From Gemmatimonadota bacterium (lineage in GTDB: Bacteria; Gemmatimonadota; Gemmatimonadetes; Longimicrobiales; RSA9): a DNA stretch of 30,083 bases. This document shows positions 7,405-15,519 of this stretch, one piece after another. The translations under genes and the position numbers were made by a program. The notes below the pieces were generated by a model. That model saw only the letters and a list, made by a program, of their open reading frames with translations, did not search any database and was not told where the DNA came from. Location: positions 1 to 30,083 of the forward strand of contig JBBDRO010000051.1 of the NCBI GenBank assembly GCA_040905425.1, in the 5' to 3' direction. Positions within the stretch are counted from its first letter, which is position 1, and each line of letters opens with the position of its first letter.

Positions 7405-9363
7405 CTAGAGTTCGCGCCAGTCCGCCTCGAGCACGCGGCGGTAGATCTCCCCCTGGATCAGGATCTCCACCAGCTCGCTGTCGAGCATGCCGTCCTTGGC
7501 TTCCATGGTGAGGATGTCCAGGGCGCGCTCGGCGGGGAGGGCCCGCTTGTAGGGGCGGTCGGAGGCGGTGAGGGCGTCGAAGATGTCCGCGATGGTCATC
7601 ATGCGCGTCTGCACGGGGATCTCCTCCCCGGTAATGCCGCGCGGATAGCCGCGGCCGTCCAGCTTCTCGTGGTGGCCGTAGGCAATGTCGGCCAGGTTGC
7701 GGAGGTCGTCGGTCCACGGGATCTCGCGCAGGAAGCGGTAGGTCTGCTCCACGTGGGACTCGATCTCCTTGCGTTCGTCCTCGTCCAGCGTGCCCCGGGG
7801 AATGCGCAGGAAGTGGAGCTCCTCGGGGCTCAGGAAGGGCGCCTCTACGCCGTCCGGTCGCGGATAGCGGCGCTCGGCGATGTCCCCCAGGATGGACGCG
7901 GCCTCCTCCGGTAGGACCGTGGGCTCGTTGGCCGTCTCGACCACCTCCCGGAAGCGATCGATCTCCTGCAGCTCGGCCTCGAACGCCTCCTCCAGGGAAT
8001 GTACGGCGTCCATGGCGGCGCCGGAGCGCAGCAGTTCGGCCTGGCGGCGCCAGAAGTCGGCCTCCGTGGTGCGGCGGATCAGATCGAAGCGCACGGCCAC
8101 GCGCTCGAAGAGCTGGGGCGGTAGCTTCTTGGCCTTGGTGAGCACGTGCTCACGCACGCCCACCTTGCCGAAGTCGTGAAGCATGGCGGCGTAGCGCAGC
8201 TCGCGCATCTGCTCGCGGCTGAAGCGCACATCCCGGTGGCGTCCGCTGCCGCCGCGCTGCACCGCCTCCGCCAGGTCGGTGGTGAGGGTGGCCACGCGCA
8301 CGCTGTGCCCCGCAGTGGTGGGGTCGCGTTGGTCGATGGCCGTCACGGCCGCCTTCACGAAGCTCTCGAAGAGCGTCTGGATCTGCTCGTAGAGGCGGGA
8401 GTTCTCGATGGAGACGGCCGCCTGGCCGGCCAGCGAGCGGACCAGCTGCAGCTCGTGCATGTCGTAGCTGGAGACGTGCGCGTCGGCCGCCTCCTCGCTC
8501 GTGATGCGGGCGTCCGGATCCGTCTTGCGGTTGATGAGCTGCACCACGCCGACCACGTCATCCTTGTGGTCCACCATGGGCACCACGAGCATGGACTTGG
8601 TGCGGTAGCCGAAGCGCTCGTCGAAGCTGCGATTGAAGCCGTAGGGCGCGTCCGCGGGCGGCTGGTAGGCGTCATCCAGCACCAGCGGCTCACCCGTGGT
8701 GGCGGCGTAGCCGGCCAGGCTGCTGGGGTCCACCGGCAGCGTGAACTCGTTGAAGGGCAGATCGGGCAGGGAGGTGTTCTCGGCCAGCTTGAAGCGGAGC
8801 CGCGTGCCGCCCTCCCCGTCGGCCTCGGCCAGGTAGAGGCTGCCGGCGTCACTGGCGGTGAGCCCCATGGCCTGGGAGAGGATCTTACGCAGCAGGCGAT
8901 CGGGGTCGCGCTCGGTCATGAGCGCCATGCCGATCTCGTGGAGTTGGGAGAGCTCGCCGCGGGAGCGCTCGAGCTCCGCCTGGGCGCGCTCCGCCGCCAG
9001 CCGGGAACCCGCCACCGTGAAAGCGTTGCGCAGCACGCGGAGCGCGACCTGCCCGTCCGTGGGCAGCGTGAAGAGGGCGGTGCCGGGCGCCTCGGCGGCC
9101 TCGGCTTCGGTGGCGGCCACGGCCACCACGCCCAGCGGGGGGGCAAAGTCGCGCGCCAGAACCCCCTCCAGCAGCACCACCGATGGCTCGCTCACACGCT
9201 CCGGCAGGTCGGCCACGTCGGCCAGCGGGCGCAGCTCCACCCCCTCGGCGGCCAGGATGGTCTCCAGCGCCCGGGCGGTGGGGCCGCCGGCGTGGTAGAG
9301 GACGGCGCGCGCGGTGGTGGACGCGGCCACGCCCGTCAACTCCGCTGCGGCGCCTTCACTCAC
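7405..9363 (-). CDS. GAF + HD-GYP domain metal-dependent phosphohydrolase
   Basis: GAF (SLAGYAATTGEPL..DDAY...FDERFGYRTKSMLVVPM...GVVQLIN), DPTTAGHSVRVA, LHDFGKVG, HHEKLDGRGYPRG, ADIFDALTASDRPYK. GTG start overlaps the upstream TGA. Confidence 0.92.
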   Translation of the reverse strand: MSEGAAAELTGVAASTTARAVLYHAGGPTARALETILAAEGVELRPLADVADLPERVSEPSVVLLEGVLARDFAPPLGVVAVAATEAEAAEAPGTALFTLPTDGQVALRVLRNAFTVAGSRLAAERAQAELERSRGELSQLHEIGMALMTERDPDRLLRKILSQAMGLTASDAGSLYLAEADGEGGTRLRFKLAENTSLPDLPFNEFTLPVDPSSLAGYAATTGEPLVLDDAYQPPADAPYGFNRSFDERFGYRTKSMLVVPMVDHKDDVVGVVQLINRKTDPDARITSEEAADAHVSSYDMHELQLVRSLAGQAAVSIENSRLYEQIQTLFESFVKAAVTAIDQRDPTTAGHSVRVATLTTDLAEAVQRGGSGRHRDVRFSREQMRELRYAAMLHDFGKVGVREHVLTKAKKLPPQLFERVAVRFDLIRRTTEADFWRRQAELLRSGAAMDAVHSLEEAFEAELQEIDRFREVVETANEPTVLPEEAASILGDIAERRYPRPDGVEAPFLSPEELHFLRIPRGTLDEDERKEIESHVEQTYRFLREIPWTDDLRNLADIAYGHHEKLDGRGYPRGITGEEIPVQTRMMTIADIFDALTASDRPYKRALPAERALDILTMEAKDGMLDSELVEILIQGEIYRRVLEADWREL

Positions 9364-10295
9364 CGGCGGCCAGCCCGATCGGCGGCCTGGAACGCCTCCG
9401 CGGCTCCCTCCAGGTCCCCGATGGCGTCCAGCGCCTCACCGCGCATGAGGTGCAGCAGGCGGCCGCCGGTGCCCTCGGCGGCCAGGCGCTCGAGCGCCTC
9501 CGCGGCGTCGTAGACCAGTCCAGCGTCCCGATAGACCACCGCGGCCACGAAGAGGCCGTCGTCCGCCGGGTCCAGCCCGGACGCGCTCATGGCTTCCATG
9601 ACGGCCTGGATGGCGGCGTAGCGCTCGGCGTCCAGCACGCGAAACTCCATCTGCTGGCCGATGCGGCCGGCGTCGGTGCCCACCACCCAGCTGTACGTCC
9701 CGCCGCGCTCCAGCGCGGGCGCGTCGGCCGGGTAGCTCCACACGGTGTCGGCGCCCGCCTCGAAGCGGACAGGCTGGCCGGGGGCGTCGGTGCGCCGCAG
9801 CATGATGGTGTAGGTGGTGGTGCCGGGCACGGAGTACCAGGTAAAGGTGGGGCGCGTCTCGTCCACGGCAATGCCGTTCCGGGGGGCAATGCCCGTGGCG
9901 GTGCCCTGCACGGGCCGGATCATGCCCTGCCGGTTGGGTTGGCGGGCGGCGTCCGTGGTGGCTACCTGCGCGATGGTGCGGGCCGTCTGGGCGTACAGGC
10001 CCGCGGGCTCACCGCTGGCCGGCTCCGCCACGGTCACGGCCTCCGACGCCGTCTCCATCTTGCCCGTGCGGTACATGAGGACGGCCTTGCCGCCGTCAGG
10101 CACGAGCACGCGGTCACCCGGCTCCAGGCTGAGGCCCACGGTGCCAGGGACCTTCTCCTCGGAGACCTTCTGGACCTCTACCGCGCCGCTCACCTTGACG
10201 AGCACCGCCGCCGGCTCGCGCGTCCAGGTGAACGCCGCCAGCAACGCCAGTCCCGTCATCATCGTGGCCGACACGAAGCGCTTCGTGCTACGCAT
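9360..10295 (-). CDS. Exported protein with FecR-like N-terminal beta domain and DUF928-like/TPR C-terminus
   Basis: Signal-like N-terminus; AVLVKVSGAVEV...GLSLEPGDRVLVPDGGKAVL (FecR-like); ETRPTFTWY, LERGGTYSWVV and YRDAGLVYDAAEAL match DUF928-type motifs. RBS GGAG upstream. Confidence 0.75.
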   Translation of the reverse strand: MRSTKRFVSATMMTGLALLAAFTWTREPAAVLVKVSGAVEVQKVSEEKVPGTVGLSLEPGDRVLVPDGGKAVLMYRTGKMETASEAVTVAEPASGEPAGLYAQTARTIAQVATTDAARQPNRQGMIRPVQGTATGIAPRNGIAVDETRPTFTWYSVPGTTTYTIMLRRTDAPGQPVRFEAGADTVWSYPADAPALERGGTYSWVVGTDAGRIGQQMEFRVLDAERYAAIQAVMEAMSASGLDPADDGLFVAAVVYRDAGLVYDAAEALERLAAEGTGGRLLHLMRGEALDAIGDLEGAAEAFQAADRAGRR

Positions 10296-10322
10296 GGCTC
10301 CATCCTTTCAGGCTGTCGCGGC

Positions 10323-12509
10323 TCACTTGACCTGCCGCCGCTCGACGAAATCCCAGTCCTCGGGAGGCGGTTCCACCAGGTAACCGCGCGACCGCTCCAG
10401 GTAGAGCGCCGCGGGACCATCCCCCGGCGCTACTTCCAGTGCGGCGTTGAAATACTCTACGGCCATCTCGAAATCTCTGTCCCGGAACGCGGCCAGGCCC
10501 CGCGCGTACTGCTCCAGGAGGTCCTCCTCCAACGGCGTCGGCTCGTCGGCCAGCGCCAGCAGTTCGTAGACGGTCACCGGCTCCGCCTTGCCGTACACGG
10601 CCAGGCGGTCCAGCTCGCGCACCTGGATGGCGTCCCCGGCCGCCGCCCGCGTCTGCTCGGCGATCATGATGGAGACGCCGTAGCTCTTGCAGGCGGGCTC
10701 CAGGCGGGCGGCCAGGTTTACCGCGTCGCCCAGCGCCGTGTAATCGAAGCGCTTCTGCCCGCCGATGTTACCCACCACCGGCTCACCCGAGTTCACGCCG
10801 ATGCGCATGGCCAGCGCCGGCCAGTCCGGATCGCGCGCCTGCCACTCGGCGTTCAGCTGGCCGAGCCGCGCCTGCATGCGGAGCACCGTACGGCAGCCGC
10901 GCAGCGCGTGGTCCGGATAGGATGCCGGCGCCCCGAAGAGCGCCATGATGGCATCACCGATGTACTTGTCCAGCGTGCCCTTTTCCTGGAAGATGATCTC
11001 CGCCATCTCGTCCAGGTACTCGTTCAGCACGGACACCAGCCGTTCCGGCGAGAGCCGCTCCGACATGGAGGTGAAACCCGCCACGTCACTGAAGACGATC
11101 GTGATGCTGCGCCGCTCACCGCCGAGCTTCAGGCGCGAGGGGTCCGCCACCAGCTCGTCCACCACCCCGGGCGGCACGAACTTGGAGAATGCCCCCCGGA
11201 TCATGCGCTTGTCCCGCCCCTCCACGATCGAGACGTAGCCGGCCGCGCCCATGAGGGACAGCCCCGCCGAGAGCGCGGGCGCGATCATGGGCAGCACCAG
11301 CCGGCCCTGGTAGAAGACCAGCAGGCCGCCCCACCAGAGCCCCGCCACCGCCAGCAGCGCTGCGCCGGCGCCCCATTTGACACCGCCCACGAAGGTGACG
11401 CCCGCCACCAGCGCGGCCACGCCGAACAGCAGCAGGAGCTTCCACCCCAATCCCAGCGGGATCAGGTAATCACCCGCCAGCAGGTTCTGCAGGGCGTTGG
11501 CGTGGATCTCCACGCCGTACGTCCAGCCGTAGATCTCCCCCTCGTCGGGGCCGTACTCCGCCGGCACGCCCTCCACGCCGGTGCCCTCCAGGAGCGCCCC
11601 GCGTCGGGGCGCGTCGTAGAACGGCGAGCGGAAGCGCTCCGAATCGTGGAAACCGCTGCCGAGCAATACCGCCTTGCCGTCCATCCAGGAGGAGAGCGCC
11701 GGGTTTCGCCCCAGAAAGGACACCGCCTCCACCCCGTAGGCCGGATAGGTCCAGAACGCCCCGTCATCGCGCCCCTCGATGCTGGGCGGCCCGGCAAAGA
11801 GCACCGGCACGTTCAGCGGTCCCGCCTCCGGCAGCGGGCGATAGCGCTCCGGCATGCCCGGCACGTCCAGGCGCCCGCTCGCGCGCGTGGCCACCAGCAG
11901 CGAATCCAGGTCCCGCCCCTCGGCCAGCGCCCAGAGCGCCAACGCGAAGCCGGGCACCAGCGTGCCGTCCGCCTGCACGGTGACGAGCTGCGCGTCCCGC
12001 GCCGTCTCGTAGGGCGTGGGGATGTCCGCGGACGCCACGGCCGCGGCCGCCTCCGCGAAGTACGGATCCGGCGGGAGCAGGCGACGGTCTTCCTCCTCAC
12101 CCACCATGGGCGCCACCAGCACCACGTTCCCGGCCGCCGCCATGGCCGCCCGCAGCAGGGAGTCTCCATCCTCGCCGCGCACCGGCTCCTGGCGCCGGTC
12201 CAGGTAGACGTCCAGGCCGATGGCGCGGGCACCGTTGGCCGCCGCCGCCTCCACCAGGCGCGCCAGCGGCGCCCGCGGATATGGCGACAGGTAGGGCCAC
12301 TCCTCCACCGACGCACTGTCAAACAGCACCAGCACCACACCCGTGCTATCCCGGTTGGCCCTGACCGTGGAGCGCACGCGGTAGTCCACGGTGGCCAGTT
12401 CGGGCTGGGCGAAGATGGCCCCGAGGATCTGCACCTCCGTGAGCCCGTACGCCGCGCCCGCCGCGGCCGCCGCGATCACGGCGGCCACGGCTGTCCGGCG
12501 AAGGCGCAT
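10323..12509 (-). CDS. CHASE2-domain transmembrane class III adenylate cyclase with C-terminal TPR-like helix pair
   Basis: CHASE2 (PYPRAPLARLV..GARAIGLDVYL, DGKAVLLG, GVEIHANALQNLL), three TM helices, cyclase motifs FSDVAGFT, DKYIGDAIMA, MRIGVNSG, DYTALGDAVNLAARLE. Lys plus Thr specificity residues indicate ATP substrate (class IIIb). Confidence 0.95.
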   Translation of the reverse strand: MRLRRTAVAAVIAAAAAGAAYGLTEVQILGAIFAQPELATVDYRVRSTVRANRDSTGVVLVLFDSASVEEWPYLSPYPRAPLARLVEAAAANGARAIGLDVYLDRRQEPVRGEDGDSLLRAAMAAAGNVVLVAPMVGEEEDRRLLPPDPYFAEAAAAVASADIPTPYETARDAQLVTVQADGTLVPGFALALWALAEGRDLDSLLVATRASGRLDVPGMPERYRPLPEAGPLNVPVLFAGPPSIEGRDDGAFWTYPAYGVEAVSFLGRNPALSSWMDGKAVLLGSGFHDSERFRSPFYDAPRRGALLEGTGVEGVPAEYGPDEGEIYGWTYGVEIHANALQNLLAGDYLIPLGLGWKLLLLFGVAALVAGVTFVGGVKWGAGAALLAVAGLWWGGLLVFYQGRLVLPMIAPALSAGLSLMGAAGYVSIVEGRDKRMIRGAFSKFVPPGVVDELVADPSRLKLGGERRSITIVFSDVAGFTSMSERLSPERLVSVLNEYLDEMAEIIFQEKGTLDKYIGDAIMALFGAPASYPDHALRGCRTVLRMQARLGQLNAEWQARDPDWPALAMRIGVNSGEPVVGNIGGQKRFDYTALGDAVNLAARLEPACKSYGVSIMIAEQTRAAAGDAIQVRELDRLAVYGKAEPVTVYELLALADEPTPLEEDLLEQYARGLAAFRDRDFEMAVEYFNAALEVAPGDGPAALYLERSRGYLVEPPPEDWDFVERRQVK

Positions 12510-12516
12510 GCGCCGC

Positions 12517-14337
12517 CTACCGCGGCGTGATCGTGTAGACCACCGAGGCCGTGGCCCAGTCCTCCACCGGTACGGCGCCCGCCGGGGCGCGCAGCGCGGC
12601 GCGCAGCGCTACCGCCACCTCGGCGGCCTGCGCGGGGGCGGCGTCGGCGCTGCCGTCGGTGAAGGGCAGCTCCAGCGGCCGCTCCGTGACGATGGCGCGC
12701 ACGATGCCGCGGCCCGCCGGGGCCTGCGCCTCGTACATGTAGCCCGCGTCGCGCGGCGGCAGGCTCACCGTCTGGCCCGCCTCCACGCGCGTGCTCGGGT
12801 AGAGGATGGCCACCTGCCCGTTGGTGCCCAGGTCCACGATGGTCAGATAGCCGGCGCGCGCCGAGTGGGCGCTGAAGCCGATCTCGTCTCCCACGCGGAA
12901 CTCGGTGCGCCCGCCCGTGAAGCCAAAGTCCACGGCAAACGGCCGGGCCGGGTTGTCCAGCGCGGCCAGGCGGTGGGCGGCCAGCTCCCGGCGGAGCGCC
13001 GCGGCCACCGCCACCGCGTCCATGAGCGGCTGCAGATTTCGCGTGGCGCCGTCCAGCCCCAGGATGGCGTAGCCGTCCTCGGCGGGGCGCACGAGCAGGT
13101 GCGCGAAGTCCCGCGCGCCGGGCACGAGCACCACGCCCTGGTCCAGCCGCAGCGCGCTCGCCACCTCGGCCCGCGTGGCCGGTGCCAGACCCGCCACCGA
13201 GACGCGCAGCTCGGCGGGCGGATAGGCGTAGGCCACCAGGCGCGCCCGGTCACCGGCGGAGACGGAGCCGCCCTCGACCCGCGCCTGCGCTCGCTCGCCC
13301 GCCACGCTCGTGATCACCAGTTCGGCGCCGCCCGCGCGGAAACGCGAGCCCACCGTGATGCCGGCCGCGCTGCCACCCGCCAGTTCGGCGGTGCCGTCCT
13401 CGACAGCGGTCACGGGAACGAAGCCGGCCTCCGCCACGTCACCCGCACCGGGCAGGGAGAAAATCGGGGCCGCGGCTTGATGAGAGATCTGCGGTTGCTG
13501 CGCGAAACGGGCGCGCTTCATGTCTTCCACGGTAGCCTGGAAGACCGCCTGGTAGCTGGCGCGACGCGGCGCCTGCCAGAGGTTGCGCACGAAAGCGGTG
13601 GTGAAGGCGCCGCCGTAGGTGGAGGCGCCTCCGTCCGCGGCGGGCCATTCTACGTCCACGGCCACCTCGTCCGCCCGCGCGGCCGCCAGCTCCAGCCACG
13701 GCGCCCGCTCCGGCGCCACGGCCGGCACGGCGGCCGTCTCGGCGGGCCGCTCCACGTCACTGCGGACGTCGCGCGCCAGGTTGCGCGGGCGGGCGAACGG
13801 CGTCACGGCGCGCGTGCCCGTCCCCGAGCTGCAGTTGTCCAGGAACACCACCACGTTCTCCTTGGCGGTGGGCAGCGCGTGCAGCCAGCCGTTCAGTTCG
13901 TCGTCCAGGATGTCCGTGTCCGTGTTGCCCTTCATGACGTCGGTGGGGCAGATGGTCTCGTCCAACCCGTCCTCCTCGTCGCCGTCCAGGTCCCAGGCCT
14001 GGGAGCCGTGCCCGGCAAAGAAGAAGAAGACCAGGTCCCCCTCGGCCACCACCGACGGCAGCCAGTCCGTGAACTCCCGCTCGATGCGCGCGCGCGTGGC
14101 GTCCAGGTCCAGGACCATCTTCACGTTGTTGTCCGCGAAGCCCATGCGGCCCACCAGGACGTCGCGCATGCGGCGGGCGTCGTAGACGGCGCCGGGGAGG
14201 TCCCCGCCGATCTCGTCGCCGAAATTGGCGTAGTCGCTGATGCCGATCAGCAGCGCCCACTTCGTGGGGGCCTTGTGGGGGATGGCGCCCAGAATGAGCG
14301 CCGCGCCCGCCAGCACCACCAGATGTCTGATTCTCAC
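12517..14337 (-). CDS. Exported metacaspase-like peptidase C14 with C-terminal DUF4384-like domain
   Basis: Short signal-like N-terminus, KWALLIGISDY, catalytic FAGHGSQ and FLDNCSSG, acidic DGDEEDGLDETICPTD, p10 region ELAAARADE..GGAFT; C-terminal FRVGDEIGF...GYLTIVDLGTNGQVAILYP (DUF4384-like). GTG start overlaps the upstream TGA. Confidence 0.92.
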   Translation of the reverse strand: MRIRHLVVLAGAALILGAIPHKAPTKWALLIGISDYANFGDEIGGDLPGAVYDARRMRDVLVGRMGFADNNVKMVLDLDATRARIEREFTDWLPSVVAEGDLVFFFFAGHGSQAWDLDGDEEDGLDETICPTDVMKGNTDTDILDDELNGWLHALPTAKENVVVFLDNCSSGTGTRAVTPFARPRNLARDVRSDVERPAETAAVPAVAPERAPWLELAAARADEVAVDVEWPAADGGASTYGGAFTTAFVRNLWQAPRRASYQAVFQATVEDMKRARFAQQPQISHQAAAPIFSLPGAGDVAEAGFVPVTAVEDGTAELAGGSAAGITVGSRFRAGGAELVITSVAGERAQARVEGGSVSAGDRARLVAYAYPPAELRVSVAGLAPATRAEVASALRLDQGVVLVPGARDFAHLLVRPAEDGYAILGLDGATRNLQPLMDAVAVAAALRRELAAHRLAALDNPARPFAVDFGFTGGRTEFRVGDEIGFSAHSARAGYLTIVDLGTNGQVAILYPSTRVEAGQTVSLPPRDAGYMYEAQAPAGRGIVRAIVTERPLELPFTDGSADAAPAQAAEVAVALRAALRAPAGAVPVEDWATASVVYTITPR

Positions 14338-15311
14338 GGTCCCGCCTCCTCGTGTCCGGGGGCCAGTAGCCCCGCGCTCACCGTCAGCTCCTGCCCTTCC
14401 GCCGCCGCGTGCACTTCCAGCGTGCCGCCGCGCCGGGCCACGTCATCGCGCAATCGCTCCACCGCGCGGTCCAGTTCGTCATCCGAGCGCTCCGGCGCAT
14501 GGTGGAACAGGTACAGCCGGCGCACGCCCGCGCGCTCCGCGAGCGTCACCGCGTCCTCGAAACTGCTGTGTCCCCAACCCACATGCGCCTCATACTCCTG
14601 GCTGGTGTACATGGCGTCGTGGAAGAGCACGTCCACGCCGTCCAGGAACCGCACCAGCTCGTCGTACCAGCCCTCCGCCACCGGATAGTGCCCGCCGCGC
14701 AGCTCGTTGTCCGGGATGAAGGCCAGCCGGGCCTCTCCCGCCGAGATGCGGTACCCGTACGTGTGCGCAGCGTGCCGCACGCGCAAGGCGTCCACCGCCA
14801 CGCCATCCACACGCGGATCCTCCTCGTCCAGGTGGTGGAAGCTGAGCTGCGCCGCCACCGCCTCGTAGGGGATGGGGAAATACACCGGCCCCATCTGTCC
14901 CGCCACCAGCGTGGGCATGTCCACGTCCCCCTGCCGGGCGCCGTGCAGCCGCAGCCGCGCCTCCGGATCGTAAAGCGGTCCGAAGAACGGCAGCCCCTGG
15001 ATGTGGTCCCAGTGGAAGTGGGTCAGAAAGATGTCCACGTCCACCGACCGGCCGGGCACGGCCAACCTGTCCCCCAGACGCCGGATGCCGCTGCCCGCAT
15101 CGAAAATCAGGGAACGGCCCTGCGGCGTCTCCACGTGGAGACACGATGTGTTCCCGCCGAAGCGGGCCGTGTGGGGCCCCGGACTCGGCAGAGAACCGCG
15201 CGTGCCCCAGCAGCATGCGCGCAGCACACGTTGTGCGGCACGGCCCGCGCGGATGGGCACAGCGGCATCTCCGGGCGAGGCCGATGCATCCCGCTCTCGA
15301 TCTCGCACCAT
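14334..15311 (-). CDS. MBL-fold metallo-hydrolase (RNase Z / cyclic-nucleotide phosphodiesterase-like)
   Basis: WGTRGSLPSPG...GGNTSC, FDAGSG, THFHWDHIQGLPFF (HxHxDH), WGHS, LFHHAP. Start is ATG 15311 or GTG 15227; the 15413 start in the ORF track is probably too long. Confidence 0.88.
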   Translation of the reverse strand: MVRDRERDASASPGDAAVPIRAGRAAQRVLRACCWGTRGSLPSPGPHTARFGGNTSCLHVETPQGRSLIFDAGSGIRRLGDRLAVPGRSVDVDIFLTHFHWDHIQGLPFFGPLYDPEARLRLHGARQGDVDMPTLVAGQMGPVYFPIPYEAVAAQLSFHHLDEEDPRVDGVAVDALRVRHAAHTYGYRISAGEARLAFIPDNELRGGHYPVAEGWYDELVRFLDGVDVLFHDAMYTSQEYEAHVGWGHSSFEDAVTLAERAGVRRLYLFHHAPERSDDELDRAVERLRDDVARRGGTLEVHAAAEGQELTVSAGLLAPGHEEAGP

Positions 15312-15519
15312 GGATCGGCTTCGGGAGTAAACGTGATCGGCCTGGCGGCCGCGTAGCAGGGAGCTCCGGGAGAGAGCCTCTCCAAGATGGGGCGCCGGGG
15401 GGCGGGGAAGCAAGGCCCACGCCAGGACCGCCCCCGAGAGGGCACCCTTTCACCCGGCCGCGGCGGCGTCTACATTGGGCAGGGCAGCAAACCCACCAAC
15501 CCCTCCCGGATTCAAAGGT

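Noticed and set aside
7397..7408. 12-bp palindrome CTAGGGCCCTAG
   Set aside because: Made largely of the two convergent TAG stop codons; too short and loopless for a terminator.
9183..12530. 1115-aa plus-strand ORF, and similar long ORFs at 8146-9513, 12391-14688, 19248-20465 and 27408-29483
   Set aside because: Antisense shadows of well-supported minus-strand genes; expected in high-GC DNA, with no recognisable motifs.
15312..15519. CRP-type site (TGTGA-N6-TCACA) in the divergent promoter region
   Set aside because: Only a CGTGA half-site near 15332 with no matching second half.
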